From Longimicrobiales bacterium (GTDB lineage: Bacteria; Gemmatimonadota; Gemmatimonadetes; Longimicrobiales; Gaopeijiaceae), in NCBI GenBank assembly GCA_965116905.1, contig OZ220732.1, positions 2,528,001 through 2,592,000 of the forward strand: DNA of 64,000 bases, read 5' to 3'. Of the stretch, positions 1 to 9,552 are shown piece after piece; position 1 is the stretch's first letter; every line of letters begins with the position of its first letter. A model generated the notes under the pieces. That model did not search any database, was not told the origin of the DNA, and was given only the letters and a program-made list of their open reading frames with translations. The position numbers were made by a program, and so were the translations under genes.

Positions 1-1034
1 TGAAGTGGGAGAAGGCGGGTCGTTGGCGGTTCTCGAAGGAGCGTGCCATCACCACCAAGACCCTCACCGACTTCAGTCGCTACAAGCAGTGGCTTCATTT
101 CGCCTTCCAACTCATGGAGGAGGGAGCGGACCCACCCCCGCCCCCCCCACCGGGCGACGAGCCCTACACTCGTGAAGCCGCTCTGAACGATCTCTTCCTC
201 CCTGGAGCAGAGTTCGACCGTATCATCGACGCCCTGGAAAGGAAGAAGAACGTCGTCCTCGAAGGCCCTCCCGGTGTCGGCAAGACCTTCATAGCCAAGC
301 GGCTGGCCTACCGGGTCATCGGATACAAGGCTCCCGAGAGGGTGCGGATGATCCAGTTCCACCAGAGCTACGCGTACGAGGATTTCATCCAGGGGTACCG
401 GCCGACTGACGATGGGGGATTCGAGCTGCGCGACGGAGTGTTCCATACGTTCTGCCGGGAGGCGGCGGCGAATCCCAAAGACCGGTACGTCTTCATCATC
501 GACGAGGTCAACCGCGGGAATCTCAGCAAGATCTTCGGTGAGCTGATGATGCTCATCGAGGCCGACAAACGGGGTGCCGAATACGCCGTTCCGCTGACGT
601 ATTCGCCCGGTTCGGAGCCGTTCCACGTTCCCCCGAACCTCTACCTAATCGGGATGATGAACACGGCCGACCGGTCATTGGCGATGGTGGACTACGCGCT
701 ACGTCGGCGGTTCGCGTTCATCCGCCTTCAGCCTGCTTTCGCGACCGACCAATTCAGCGATTTCCTCAACGCGGCAGAAGTGGAGGAGAATCTCGTCAAC
801 AAAATCGTCGACCGGCTGTCGGCTCTGAACGAACGAATCCGTGCGGATCGTAAGAACCTCGGGCCGGGCTTCGAGATCGGACACAGCTTCTTCTGCCCGG
901 GCGACGACGACGAGGGACTCGATGATTCCTGGTACGAGGCGATCGTCCGGCGTGAGATCGAGCCTCTGCTGCGGGAATACTGGTTCGACCGTCCCGAGCA
1001 CGTGGAGGAGCAAATCCGAGTACTACTGGCGTGA
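1..1034 (+). CDS. mcrB: McrB-family AAA+ GTPase, type IV restriction (5'-truncated by window edge)
   Basis: Walker A GPPGVGKT, Walker B FIIDEVNRG, McrB signature MNTADRS, QFHQSYAYEDF. The frame is open from base 3 (KWEKAGRW...KTLTDF), so the true start is upstream of the window. Stop overlaps the mcrC start (GTGA). Confidence 0.95.
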   Translation, partial: KWEKAGRWRFSKERAITTKTLTDFSRYKQWLHFAFQLMEEGADPPPPPPPGDEPYTREAALNDLFLPGAEFDRIIDALERKKNVVLEGPPGVGKTFIAKRLAYRVIGYKAPERVRMIQFHQSYAYEDFIQGYRPTDDGGFELRDGVFHTFCREAAANPKDRYVFIIDEVNRGNLSKIFGELMMLIEADKRGAEYAVPLTYSPGSEPFHVPPNLYLIGMMNTADRSLAMVDYALRRRFAFIRLQPAFATDQFSDFLNAAEVEENLVNKIVDRLSALNERIRADRKNLGPGFEIGHSFFCPGDDDEGLDDSWYEAIVRREIEPLLREYWFDRPEHVEEQIRVLLA

Positions 1035-2092
1035 AGATTCCGGTCAGGAACATCTACTATCTCCTCTGCTACGCTTGGGACCACGTGAGGGAAGGGGAGA
1101 CGGTCGATGTCGAGTCCGAGCAGTTTGGGGGGCTGGTCGACCTGTTCGCCAAGGTGTTGAACGAGGGCGCGTCGCGGCTCGTTTCGCGCGGCCTCGATCG
1201 TGACTACCTCGTCGTCCACGAGGATGTCCGGGGCCTCAAGGGAAAGCTCGATTTCGCGACCACGATCAAGAGGAACCTGCTCCTGAACGGCAAGACGCAC
1301 TGCGCCTTCGACGAACTTAGCCATGACGTGCCGCAGAACCAGATCCTCAGAGCGACGCTGCGCGGGCTGGCCTTGGTGCCCGCCCTCGACCCGGCCCTGA
1401 GACGGCATACCGAGCGCCTCTACCGGAAGCTGGACGCCGTCTCCGATGTCCCTCTGACCACGAGTCTGTTCCGCACCGTCCGCGTCCACCGGAACAACCG
1501 GTTCTACAGCTTCCTCCTGCACCTCTGCCGCATCATCCACGAGAATCTCCTGGTGAATCAGGAGCAGGGGACGGCGGAGTTCAACGACTTCCGCGAGGAC
1601 GAACACCAGATGGGGCTCCTCTTCCAGGAGTTCGTGAGGACCTTCTGTGAGCGCGAGACAGACTACAAGGTGAGCGCCCCGAAGATCGACTGGTTCGGTG
1701 CGGAGGCGAGCGAGACCGATCTGCGCCACCTGCCCCGCATGCAGACGGACATCGTGCTGCGGTCGCCGACGCGCACGATCATCGTGGACACCAAGTTCTA
1801 CAAGAACCCGCTGGACACGCGGTGGGAGGGCGAGCGGGTGAACGCGGGGAACCTGTACCAGGTCTTCTCCTATGTGACGAACTGGACAGCGAGGGCAGAG
1901 GCGGGCGAGCCCGAACCGGAAGGGTGGTTGCTGTATGCGGCGGTGGACGGCGGATTCGACTACCGGTTCGAGTTGATGGAGCGGCCGGTGCGGGTGTGCT
2001 CGGTGGATCTGGGGCAGAAGTGGAGGGGGATTGAGCGGGACTTGAGGGAGTTGGTGGGAAGCGCGGCGCCGATGCCGCTTCATCAGGTGTAG
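1031..2092 (+). CDS. mcrC: McrC-family PD-(D/E)xK nuclease subunit
   Basis: N-terminal IPVRNIYYLLCYAW, catalytic TDIVL...IVDTKFY, LYQVFSY; coupled to mcrB. Confidence 0.93.
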   Translation: MKIPVRNIYYLLCYAWDHVREGETVDVESEQFGGLVDLFAKVLNEGASRLVSRGLDRDYLVVHEDVRGLKGKLDFATTIKRNLLLNGKTHCAFDELSHDVPQNQILRATLRGLALVPALDPALRRHTERLYRKLDAVSDVPLTTSLFRTVRVHRNNRFYSFLLHLCRIIHENLLVNQEQGTAEFNDFREDEHQMGLLFQEFVRTFCERETDYKVSAPKIDWFGAEASETDLRHLPRMQTDIVLRSPTRTIIVDTKFYKNPLDTRWEGERVNAGNLYQVFSYVTNWTARAEAGEPEPEGWLLYAAVDGGFDYRFELMERPVRVCSVDLGQKWRGIERDLRELVGSAAPMPLHQV

Positions 2093-2198
2093 CGAGTCGC
2101 GTTAGCGTTTTCTGTGTGTGGGCCGTCGCTACTGCGAGCGACGTAGGCGTTCCGCACCCGGGGGGTGAGCAGGAGGGCGTGCCCCCACTGGTCCCTCG

Positions 2199-3101
2199 TC
2201 ACCCCTTGAATACATGCTCCCGATGATACTCTAGAAACCGCCGATGTGGCCGGTAGGTTTCTTGCTCCGGTAGCCGCAACTGCCCGTTCGGGTTCACCAG
2301 CGACAGTACGTTGCCGGGGATCGCGTTCCTCTTGAAGAGCAGGGTGTAGTCGTCGTCGACTGAGATCAGGCCGCGGTCGAACATCCAGTGAAAGGTGGAG
2401 CTCAGCGCGACGCCATTCCGGAGGCTGTCCGGTCCGTTGGCGTGCACGGGCCGGATGTGCGCGGCTTGGGCCTCGGCGCGCCCGCCGCCGTTGATGATCC
2501 GAAGACCGCTGATCGCGCAGGTGTTGTCGTAGGCCCGCTTGATCCCCGTGGCGAACACCCGGTCGCGAAAAGGTCGTCGTGAGAGTCGCTCGATGATGGG
2601 CCGGTCCGTCAGCTCCAGCCCACCGGGATCGGTGTGAATCCCTTCGCGGATACCGAATCGTTCGCGCCGGGCGGTCGCGGTCTCGAACCCGGCCGCCAGG
2701 ATCAGACTGTACTCGGCATCTGGCAGGAGCCGGACCGAACGCCCGAAAGCGCCCTTGTTCACCGAACCGTCTTCCTTCTGGAGTCCGCTCTCGTAAAAGA
2801 AGCCGTCCTCGCGGAAGGGCACTGGACGGTCGAATTCCAGATAGTCCGCGACATAGGCGTAGTAGTGATCGGTTCTCAGCGGATCGGCATCGATGCTCAC
2901 GATCCGGGCCGTCGCGAAATAAGACTGACGCCCTCCGCTACTGGAAAGGTGGGAGCTGGAGCGGCGAGGCTCGTAGTAGACGATCCAGTTGCCGACCGCG
3001 GCCCGCGCCGCGTTCAGGTAGGTGCGCGGGAAGTGGTATCGCTCCTCGGGAAGGTCGTCGTAGGACGGGTCAACTTTGGTGGTCAGGACGGCTTTGGGCA
3101 T
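2199..3101 (-). CDS. HNH endonuclease with N-terminal putative PUA/EVE-like reader domain
   Basis: C-terminal CAISG...AQAAHIRP...NGVALSSTFHWMFD (HNH_2 type). N-terminal YDDLPEERYHFP...IVYYEPRR...YFATARI. Start moved to ATG 3101 (MPKAVLTTK) because the ORF-track extension overlaps the upstream gene. Confidence 0.85.
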   Translation of the reverse strand: MPKAVLTTKVDPSYDDLPEERYHFPRTYLNAARAAVGNWIVYYEPRRSSSHLSSSGGRQSYFATARIVSIDADPLRTDHYYAYVADYLEFDRPVPFREDGFFYESGLQKEDGSVNKGAFGRSVRLLPDAEYSLILAAGFETATARRERFGIREGIHTDPGGLELTDRPIIERLSRRPFRDRVFATGIKRAYDNTCAISGLRIINGGGRAEAQAAHIRPVHANGPDSLRNGVALSSTFHWMFDRGLISVDDDYTLLFKRNAIPGNVLSLVNPNGQLRLPEQETYRPHRRFLEYHREHVFKG

Positions 3102-3108
3102 GGGTGGT

Positions 3109-3633
3109 TCAATACCCCCACGGGACCGGAATGCCCGGCTCCACCGGGCCGACCAGGTCGTCTGCGATGTCGGTCTCGACCAGGTTCCGGCAGATCCAGA
3201 TCCGGCACTTGGGAGAGTCGGTGCCGTTGCCCGGTTGAAAGACGAAGATCGCGAGTGCGCCGGTGTTTTCGGGATCGCGCAGCGGGGATGAGGTGCCGAG
3301 ATTGGTGATGCGTATCTGGGCCTGTGGTCTGCCCAAGAGGCCGTCGCCGATGTGCGGAACGCCCCGGACGCGGTGCTCCTGGACTCCGTGAGAGTCGATC
3401 TCGATGTCGAATTCGACGGTGGACGTTCCGCCATCCTCATCTAGCGACGAGAACGCGGGTTTGAGGAGGTCTCTCGGAACGCAGGGGCCAGGCTGCCGCG
3501 TTTGGGTGGCCGAGGTCTCGGTGCCGGAGAGGAACTTGGCGTGCCAGATCCAGCTGGCCCCGATCCAACGCGCGATCCAGTCCCTGAGTCGGTCGGTTTC
3601 GATCGGGCTGTATTGGTGGGGTGTTGTTTCCAT
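3109..3633 (-). CDS. Stand-alone EcoRII N-terminal (B3-like) DNA-binding domain protein
   Basis: AKFLSGTETSAT, RITNLGTSSPLRDPENTGALAIFVF and IWICRN...GPVEPG follow the EcoRII N-domain motifs as I recall them (KRLSANDTGAT, RITRWG..SPLQDPENTGAL, IWVC...GEVIPG). Ends at 174 aa with no catalytic domain. Confidence 0.82.
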   Translation of the reverse strand: METTPHQYSPIETDRLRDWIARWIGASWIWHAKFLSGTETSATQTRQPGPCVPRDLLKPAFSSLDEDGGTSTVEFDIEIDSHGVQEHRVRGVPHIGDGLLGRPQAQIRITNLGTSSPLRDPENTGALAIFVFQPGNGTDSPKCRIWICRNLVETDIADDLVGPVEPGIPVPWGY

Positions 3634-3814
3634 TGCGAGGCCTCCCGGGTCGGCTCTGCGTTAACCTGGTGTCGGTCGACGGGAGCGCAACAGTGTCCGG
3701 GTATCCAACTGTCGTTCGGCAGCCGAGATGTGGGAGCGGCCACCCGTGGGACGATTGTTGGTGCTTGGTGGAACTGCCATTTGACCTAACCGTGACGCCA
3801 GCCCAGGATTACGC

Positions 3815-4762
3815 ATGAGATATGATGATCCTGGAACGGCCGCCAGTGGGACCATCTTCGACCGGCGGTACGACGCGCAGGTTCGGACCGCGACCTTCGA
3901 ATGGCTGAATAGCCGGCGGTCTGAGCTGGGAGATGTCTTGCCCCGTACCGTGCTCGCGCGGGGCTTCGAGTTCCGGGGGAAGAGAATCTATGTCATAGGC
4001 CCGCAGGGGATCTTCAAGCCTGCTGCGCTACGAATCCCCTTGTCAATTACGACAAGCCCCAAGGGGCCCTACCGGGATGAATTCGGCCCGGATGGTTTCC
4101 TCCGATACCGATACCGAGAGACGGGCCCTGACCATCGTGACAACGTTGGCTTGCGAGAGGCGATGCTGAATGCCTTGCCGCTGGTGTACTTCCATGGCAT
4201 TCTCCCCGGGAGATATGTGGCGGTCTGGCCAGTGTTTGTGGTTGCAGATTCGCGGAGCGGACGAGCTTTCTCCATCGCGGTGGACGACCCGGCTCATTTG
4301 GGCCTCTCCGGCGGGGTCGGAGAGGGGGCTCGGGTACGGCGCGAGTACGTGACGGTGCAGACGCGTCGCCGGCTTCACCAACAGGCCTTCCGTGAGCGGG
4401 TTTTGAGAGCTTATCAGCACCAATGCACGCTTTGCCAGCTCCGGCGTGACGAATTGCTCGACGCGGCCCATATCGTCCCGGATTCCGAGCCGGAGGGAGT
4501 GGCTAGCGTGAACAACGGTCTGGCACTATGCCGGTTGCACCACGCTGCCTTTGACCGGTTCTTCGTAGGCGTACGACCAAACTATGTCATCGAGGTTCGC
4601 CAGGACGTGATGGCTGAGCGTGATGGTCCGACTCTGCGACACGCGATCCAAGGACTGAATGGGCGCCGCATCGTCCTGCCCAGGCGGAAGGTCAACTACC
4701 CGGATCCCGAGGCGCTGTCGAAGCGCTATGAGCGGTTTCGGGAGAAGGCGAGGGCCTCGTAG
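3815..4762 (+). CDS. HNH endonuclease with N-terminal putative SRA-like domain
   Basis: CTLC...LDAAHIVP...NGLALCRLHHAAFD. N-terminal GPQGIFKP...LRYRYR...DNVGLREAM...PLVYF is SRA-like in pattern (inference). Confidence 0.85.
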   Translation: MRYDDPGTAASGTIFDRRYDAQVRTATFEWLNSRRSELGDVLPRTVLARGFEFRGKRIYVIGPQGIFKPAALRIPLSITTSPKGPYRDEFGPDGFLRYRYRETGPDHRDNVGLREAMLNALPLVYFHGILPGRYVAVWPVFVVADSRSGRAFSIAVDDPAHLGLSGGVGEGARVRREYVTVQTRRRLHQQAFRERVLRAYQHQCTLCQLRRDELLDAAHIVPDSEPEGVASVNNGLALCRLHHAAFDRFFVGVRPNYVIEVRQDVMAERDGPTLRHAIQGLNGRRIVLPRRKVNYPDPEALSKRYERFREKARAS

Positions 4763-4912
4763 CATTGGCTCTTTGGTCGAGGGCTGACCGTAGGCAAGAA
4801 GCGTCGGTTGGGAGGAGCGTGAGAGTACGAACCTTCCAGCCGTAGTGCAGCGTGCGTAGCTGGAGTGTCACAATCCGACTCGGTCCGGTACGGATTAGAC
4901 CATACGACCGAT

Positions 4913-6412
4913 CTAATCGTCGTCCGGCGCCTCATAATCATAGAGCCCCGTCGGCCCTCGCGACCCGCGTGGCAACGGCGCTATGTCCTCCGGGAGGATG
5001 GGATCCGGTATCTCTATGGCGGGATTCGACAATCCAAGGGCAGGCAGCAGGAAGACAATGTCGGTGTCAGTCGGCGGCACCGACGATGATCCCCTCGCTC
5101 CGAGTTGCTTCGCGGTGGATCCAATCGATGTGGAAGTCCCCGGAACAAGCAAGTCGACATAGCGCCCGAAGTGCGGCCGCGGGTGCTGCCCGAATCGGCG
5201 GCGGAAACCGTCAAGTTGCGATCCACCCCCGACCAGAATCACACGAACATCTTTCCAGCGGTCGGTGTTCTTCTCCTTCTTGTAGGCGTCACCGAAGCTC
5301 GCGCTGTATGCGTCGAAACTGCGTGCAGCCACCTCGTCCGCGGCCTGGTCCAAGTCACTTGGATCGAGGGGCCGGCACCCCTCGCCCATGCGCACTTGTC
5401 GGTCAGCATGTAGCTCGGGCTTTGCCTCCCGAACCACCGGAAACAGAAGAGCCCTGTCGGTGTCCGACACCGCCAAGATGTCGAGTAGTCTATCGTCGAT
5501 ATCGTCGCACCCGACAAGAGCAGTCTTGGCTGAAAAGAAGAAGACGCAGTCTTCTTCCTCGGAACGGCGCAATTTGAACCACCCCAGGTCCGTCGTTCCC
5601 GCGCCGATGTCCACGATCGCGGTGTATCTTCGACTGTTGGGTACAGTGGACGCTAAAGCCGCCTCGCCCCCCTTAACGACTGCCGACGATTCGGGGACGA
5701 GCTCCCACCGCTTGTGCTCCCGGTCTGGCGAGCCGGTGCTTTCCCTGTTGAGGATTTCAATCCAGCGGTGCCAGAGAGCAGGATAGTCGTCTAGTTGCAG
5801 GTCGTCCGTCTCTGCGAAGTCCACGGCGGCGTCGAGAGCCGTCTGGTATCCGCGCTGGATTGGACCACCGTCCAGCTGCGACACCGGGATATCGAGATTG
5901 TATCGGAACTCGGAATTCGCGCCGTACTCTTCCATCGCCAACTCGCGGACTTGACCGAGGACCGCACTGAGATACACAGCGACAAGAAAGTGAGGATGTG
6001 TGCCGAGCGCCTGGGGAACCGGAGGCACTTCGGATGCGGCCAGGTGGCGCGGGTTCCCGTTGGTGGTAATCAGTGTTCGCTTGAGCGAGCGAAACACGGT
6101 GTCCGTGTCATGCTTCTCTGCCTCCACACCGAAGAGAAAACGAGAGTCGGTGAGGGCGATGGTAGACGGGAAGCTGAACCGTGAGAAGCCGGGCCGATCG
6201 GTGCCGAAATCAACGGCCCACGCCGGACGGCCCTTATCCAGCGAGCGGACGACCACTTTCGTCCCCGAGGTCCCGAAGTCGAGACCGATGAAGACGAACG
6301 CCACCGGCGCTACGGTCGCAGGAGGAGTCGCTTCCCCCTCGATCGAAGCGTGGGCAGTGCCACGCGGACGCCCGATGCGGAAGAGGCGGAGTAAGGAGCG
6401 CAGCCAGCTCAT
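4913..6412 (-). CDS. Hsp70/actin-fold (ASKHA) ATPase with no recognisable DnaK substrate-binding domain
   Basis: Phosphate-1 IGLDFGTSGTK, connect VPESSA, phosphate-2 IVDIGAGTTD, adenosine VILVGGGSQL. ATG overlaps the SNF2 stop (ATGA, 6409-6412). Confidence 0.85.
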   Translation of the reverse strand: MSWLRSLLRLFRIGRPRGTAHASIEGEATPPATVAPVAFVFIGLDFGTSGTKVVVRSLDKGRPAWAVDFGTDRPGFSRFSFPSTIALTDSRFLFGVEAEKHDTDTVFRSLKRTLITTNGNPRHLAASEVPPVPQALGTHPHFLVAVYLSAVLGQVRELAMEEYGANSEFRYNLDIPVSQLDGGPIQRGYQTALDAAVDFAETDDLQLDDYPALWHRWIEILNRESTGSPDREHKRWELVPESSAVVKGGEAALASTVPNSRRYTAIVDIGAGTTDLGWFKLRRSEEEDCVFFFSAKTALVGCDDIDDRLLDILAVSDTDRALLFPVVREAKPELHADRQVRMGEGCRPLDPSDLDQAADEVAARSFDAYSASFGDAYKKEKNTDRWKDVRVILVGGGSQLDGFRRRFGQHPRPHFGRYVDLLVPGTSTSIGSTAKQLGARGSSSVPPTDTDIVFLLPALGLSNPAIEIPDPILPEDIAPLPRGSRGPTGLYDYEAPDDD

Positions 6413-9400
6413 CCTGACCCTCCAATCTGAACCACCCCAGCACCTACGAGTTGAGGTTCCATGCTGATTCTCCTGTCTCCCTCGAGTTCACTTCGACGAG
6501 CCTCATACTCCTGCTTCATGTTTCGAATCTGACCGCGGTAGAGGCGAATAATCCTCCGATCCCGCCCCGTCGATTCCGCTTTCGCAAGCCGCTCCTGAAC
6601 CCTCCGCCGGTGGGTACGGTACCGTTTCTCAAGACTGGCGAGGCGCGTCTGTACGATCGCGTGGTTACGGTCTTCGGCGCGCTGCCGAATACCCGCAACG
6701 CGATCCTCAAACGCGTCGTAGCCATGTTCCAGCGCATCGTCGAGACTCCGTGAATCCGAAGGCTCCCGGCGGCCGGTCGTTCGTCCGTCTCGAATAAGCT
6801 CCCCAAGAAGCAGTGAGCAGGCCCTTTCGTCCGGCACCGAGAATCCGTCAGAGCGGGACGACAGCCCAACGAAGATGGCGTCCAGTCGCTTGCGCTCGGC
6901 TCCCGCCTCGATGCGTACGGCGAACAATAGAAAGAGATATGCACCGGCAGCGGCGATCTGTGATTGGTGGAGTCGGAGCCGCGATACCGAGTGGAGTTGG
7001 TCACGGTTGTCGCGATAATACTGAACCGCCAACTGTACCACGGGATGGTGGGCGGCGAGAAACTCAGTATCGGGATGGTCGAAGGCGACTTGGGAATCGA
7101 ACGTAACCGGAACACGTCTGGACAGCGATTTCTGAAGGAATCGCTGCCGTGCAGCGCTGGGCGGCAACTGCCGCGTGGCCATGTCGAACTCGTGGCTAAC
7201 ACGAAGGGTACGTACACCCTTGCGCCGAGCGGAGCCCAGTTCTACTTGAGGGTGTGCCCGTTCCAGGAAGCCCAATACGAAGGCCTCGCGATCGGACGCA
7301 CCGAGAAGTTCACCGCCACGCATGATCCGGTTCAACTGGTCCTCGAAGTAGCCGTCTCCGCTGACAAGTCTGTCGGCTTCAGCCTCCAGCTTCTCGAGTT
7401 CGCGGCGCCGGTTTTCGATTGCGCGAGCGCTTTGTTCGATTCGTTTGCTCTCTTCCTCGGGCGTAAGACGGCTTGAAAGCAGCTGCCGTGTGAGGCGTCC
7501 GATCTCTTCGCCGACAATAGCCTCAAGATCGCCAAGTGTTCGCTCAAAGATGCCGATCCGGCGGTAGAGGCGATTGAGGACCCGATCCTCGATCGTGTCT
7601 TCGAGAGTAAAGTTAAAGATCAGGATTCGATCAGACTCCTGGCCTAGGCGGTCGACACGTCCGATCCTCTGTTCGACTCGCATCGGGTTCCAGGGCAGGT
7701 CATAGTTGATAATGATGTGGCAGAACTGAAAATCGAGGCCCTCACTGCCCACTTCGGAGGAGAGCAGGAGCCGGACATCCGGATCCTCACGGAATCGTCT
7801 CATCCGCTTTCCACGGTCGTCGCGGTCTGGGCGGCGAGGATCACTCTTGATGCCGCCGTGAATCAACTCACACGGTATTCCGTCCCGGTCTAGGCGATCC
7901 TTCAGGTAGTGCAGGGTGGCCTTGTAGTAGGCAAAAAGAATAATCTTCCTGCCAGGTTCCTCGTCATCGAGGCGCACGAGTATGCGGAGAAGCTGATCGT
8001 ATTTCGTGTCTGTATCTCCTAGGCCACGCGCGGCGTCTACCACCCTTTGACTAATCTTGATTGCAACGGATTTGGGAATCTCTTCAAGGTCGTGGACCTC
8101 GGCGTCAACCTCGTCTTCGAGCTTCCATGTCGCCCGTCCTATGAACCGGTCCCGGGCTGCCGGCATGCAGGATGCCGCTTGCCGCTGCGCTGCCATTATT
8201 GCGAAATATTTGATCGCTCCTGTGTCGTTGGGTGCGTTGTCGCGGACGAATTCTGTTACAGCATCGTAGAATTCACCCTCCGCTGGAGTCAGCGCAACAG
8301 AGACAACGCTCGGGGTTCGCATGGTTGCGTCGGCGAAGACGTCGCGTTTCTTTGTGCGGGAAAAGACATGGCTGAGAAGACTCAACTCCTCCAGATCGTG
8401 CTGCAGGTCCGCAGCCCATGCGTGTCCGCTGTCGTTGACGAACTCGGGAGGCTTGTCCAGTTCCCGCTGGACTCGCTCGTAGATCGGATTACCACCGAAG
8501 AAGCTCAGTCGCCCCCCCATCCCGAGCCTCTCGATGCGGTTCCGAATCTCATCGATGGGTGGTGGGATGGCGCGGGCCAGGCGCTGTGCCTCCACGACCG
8601 GTTCATTCGCGCGAAGACGGTCCTCGAAGATCTCGAAGTCATCGAACTCGGAGTCATCGAGTAGCCGGAAGAGGTTGAACAGGTTCTCCTCGCCGAGCTG
8701 GATGGGTGTGGCTGTTAGAAGGAGCACAGCGTGAGCGTTCTGGGCCAGAGCCCGAATGGTCCGGTGGCTCAGGGTCTGCCGATTGCGAAGATGGTGGGCC
8801 TCGTCGACGATCAGAAGGTCGAGTGGAGGAGGGGTCACATTCATGAGGTCAAGGTGGGCCTCATTGCGTACGGCCTGGAGCGAGATGATGTCCCGCGCCT
8901 CGCTGAGGTCCCCCTGTTGGGCTAGTCGCTGAAGCTGTTCCCTGAACTCCGGTGCCCCGATGATGCTGAATTCCTCGTCGAACCTATGCCACATCTCCTC
9001 GCGCCACTTCAAGCACAGCGCCGCAGGGCATACGATGAGCACGCGCCGCAGGGCTCGACGAGCCCGTTGCTCGATCAGCACCAAGCCTGCTTCGATCGTC
9101 TTACCCAAGCCCACTTCGTCGGCAATGAGAAGGCGCTGGTCGGGAGAGTCAAGGAACTTGAGGAGAGGCTTGTACTGGTGCGGATAGAAGGCAGTGCGCG
9201 ACCCCTGCAAGGAGTACAAGGTGTTGTCGAGTGGTGTGTCAAGCTTGTGGAAGGTGACAAGGCGTAGGAAGTCGTCCTTGTCACCAAAAGCGCCCCTGAG
9301 GAGGAGTTGGTCTGGTGATACGTCGGCCTTGAACCGAGTGAGATCCGCTTCGTGCACGACGATCAATCCGCCGGCGTGGAGCCGGATGCGATACCAGTAG

Positions 9401-9513
9401 GCACCGTTGCGCAGCTTAGGCGCGCGTATGACCTCTCCCACCTTGGAGCGGTCGCTCCGTAGCTGAACGCGATCGTCCGTTTCGAAGATGGGTCGTGGGA
9501 TTAGCGAGTCCAT
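6409..9513 (-). CDS. SNF2/RapA-like superfamily-2 helicase
   Basis: LIADEVGLGKT, DEAH, LLTATP, SEVGSEGLDFQ, YDLPWNPMRVEQRIGRVDR; long helical C-terminus. ATG at 9513 (alternative TTG 9519). Confidence 0.93.
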   Translation of the reverse strand: MDSLIPRPIFETDDRVQLRSDRSKVGEVIRAPKLRNGAYWYRIRLHAGGLIVVHEADLTRFKADVSPDQLLLRGAFGDKDDFLRLVTFHKLDTPLDNTLYSLQGSRTAFYPHQYKPLLKFLDSPDQRLLIADEVGLGKTIEAGLVLIEQRARRALRRVLIVCPAALCLKWREEMWHRFDEEFSIIGAPEFREQLQRLAQQGDLSEARDIISLQAVRNEAHLDLMNVTPPPLDLLIVDEAHHLRNRQTLSHRTIRALAQNAHAVLLLTATPIQLGEENLFNLFRLLDDSEFDDFEIFEDRLRANEPVVEAQRLARAIPPPIDEIRNRIERLGMGGRLSFFGGNPIYERVQRELDKPPEFVNDSGHAWAADLQHDLEELSLLSHVFSRTKKRDVFADATMRTPSVVSVALTPAEGEFYDAVTEFVRDNAPNDTGAIKYFAIMAAQRQAASCMPAARDRFIGRATWKLEDEVDAEVHDLEEIPKSVAIKISQRVVDAARGLGDTDTKYDQLLRILVRLDDEEPGRKIILFAYYKATLHYLKDRLDRDGIPCELIHGGIKSDPRRPDRDDRGKRMRRFREDPDVRLLLSSEVGSEGLDFQFCHIIINYDLPWNPMRVEQRIGRVDRLGQESDRILIFNFTLEDTIEDRVLNRLYRRIGIFERTLGDLEAIVGEEIGRLTRQLLSSRLTPEEESKRIEQSARAIENRRRELEKLEAEADRLVSGDGYFEDQLNRIMRGGELLGASDREAFVLGFLERAHPQVELGSARRKGVRTLRVSHEFDMATRQLPPSAARQRFLQKSLSRRVPVTFDSQVAFDHPDTEFLAAHHPVVQLAVQYYRDNRDQLHSVSRLRLHQSQIAAAGAYLFLLFAVRIEAGAERKRLDAIFVGLSSRSDGFSVPDERACSLLLGELIRDGRTTGRREPSDSRSLDDALEHGYDAFEDRVAGIRQRAEDRNHAIVQTRLASLEKRYRTHRRRVQERLAKAESTGRDRRIIRLYRGQIRNMKQEYEARRSELEGDRRISMEPQLVGAGVVQIGGSG

Positions 9514-9552
9514 ATGCAATTGCAGGGCGGGTTCGTCAATGTGGATGAACGT

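Noticed and set aside
3102..3440. Extended HNH N-terminus or an EcoRII-N/HNH frameshift fusion
   Set aside because: The EcoRII-N ORF has its own stop and the HNH gene its own ATG; the extension is low-complexity and I see no slippery site.
3781..3817. Leaderless promoter for the second HNH gene (TTGACC-17-CAGGAT)
   Set aside because: The -10 match is too weak to support.
4913..9513. Calling the SNF2 gene DISARM drmD, Zorya zorD or housekeeping rapA, and the ATPase dnaK
   Set aside because: No drmA/B/C, methylase or zorA/B/C genes; the ATPase lacks a DnaK substrate-binding domain and has no dnaJ/grpE nearby.
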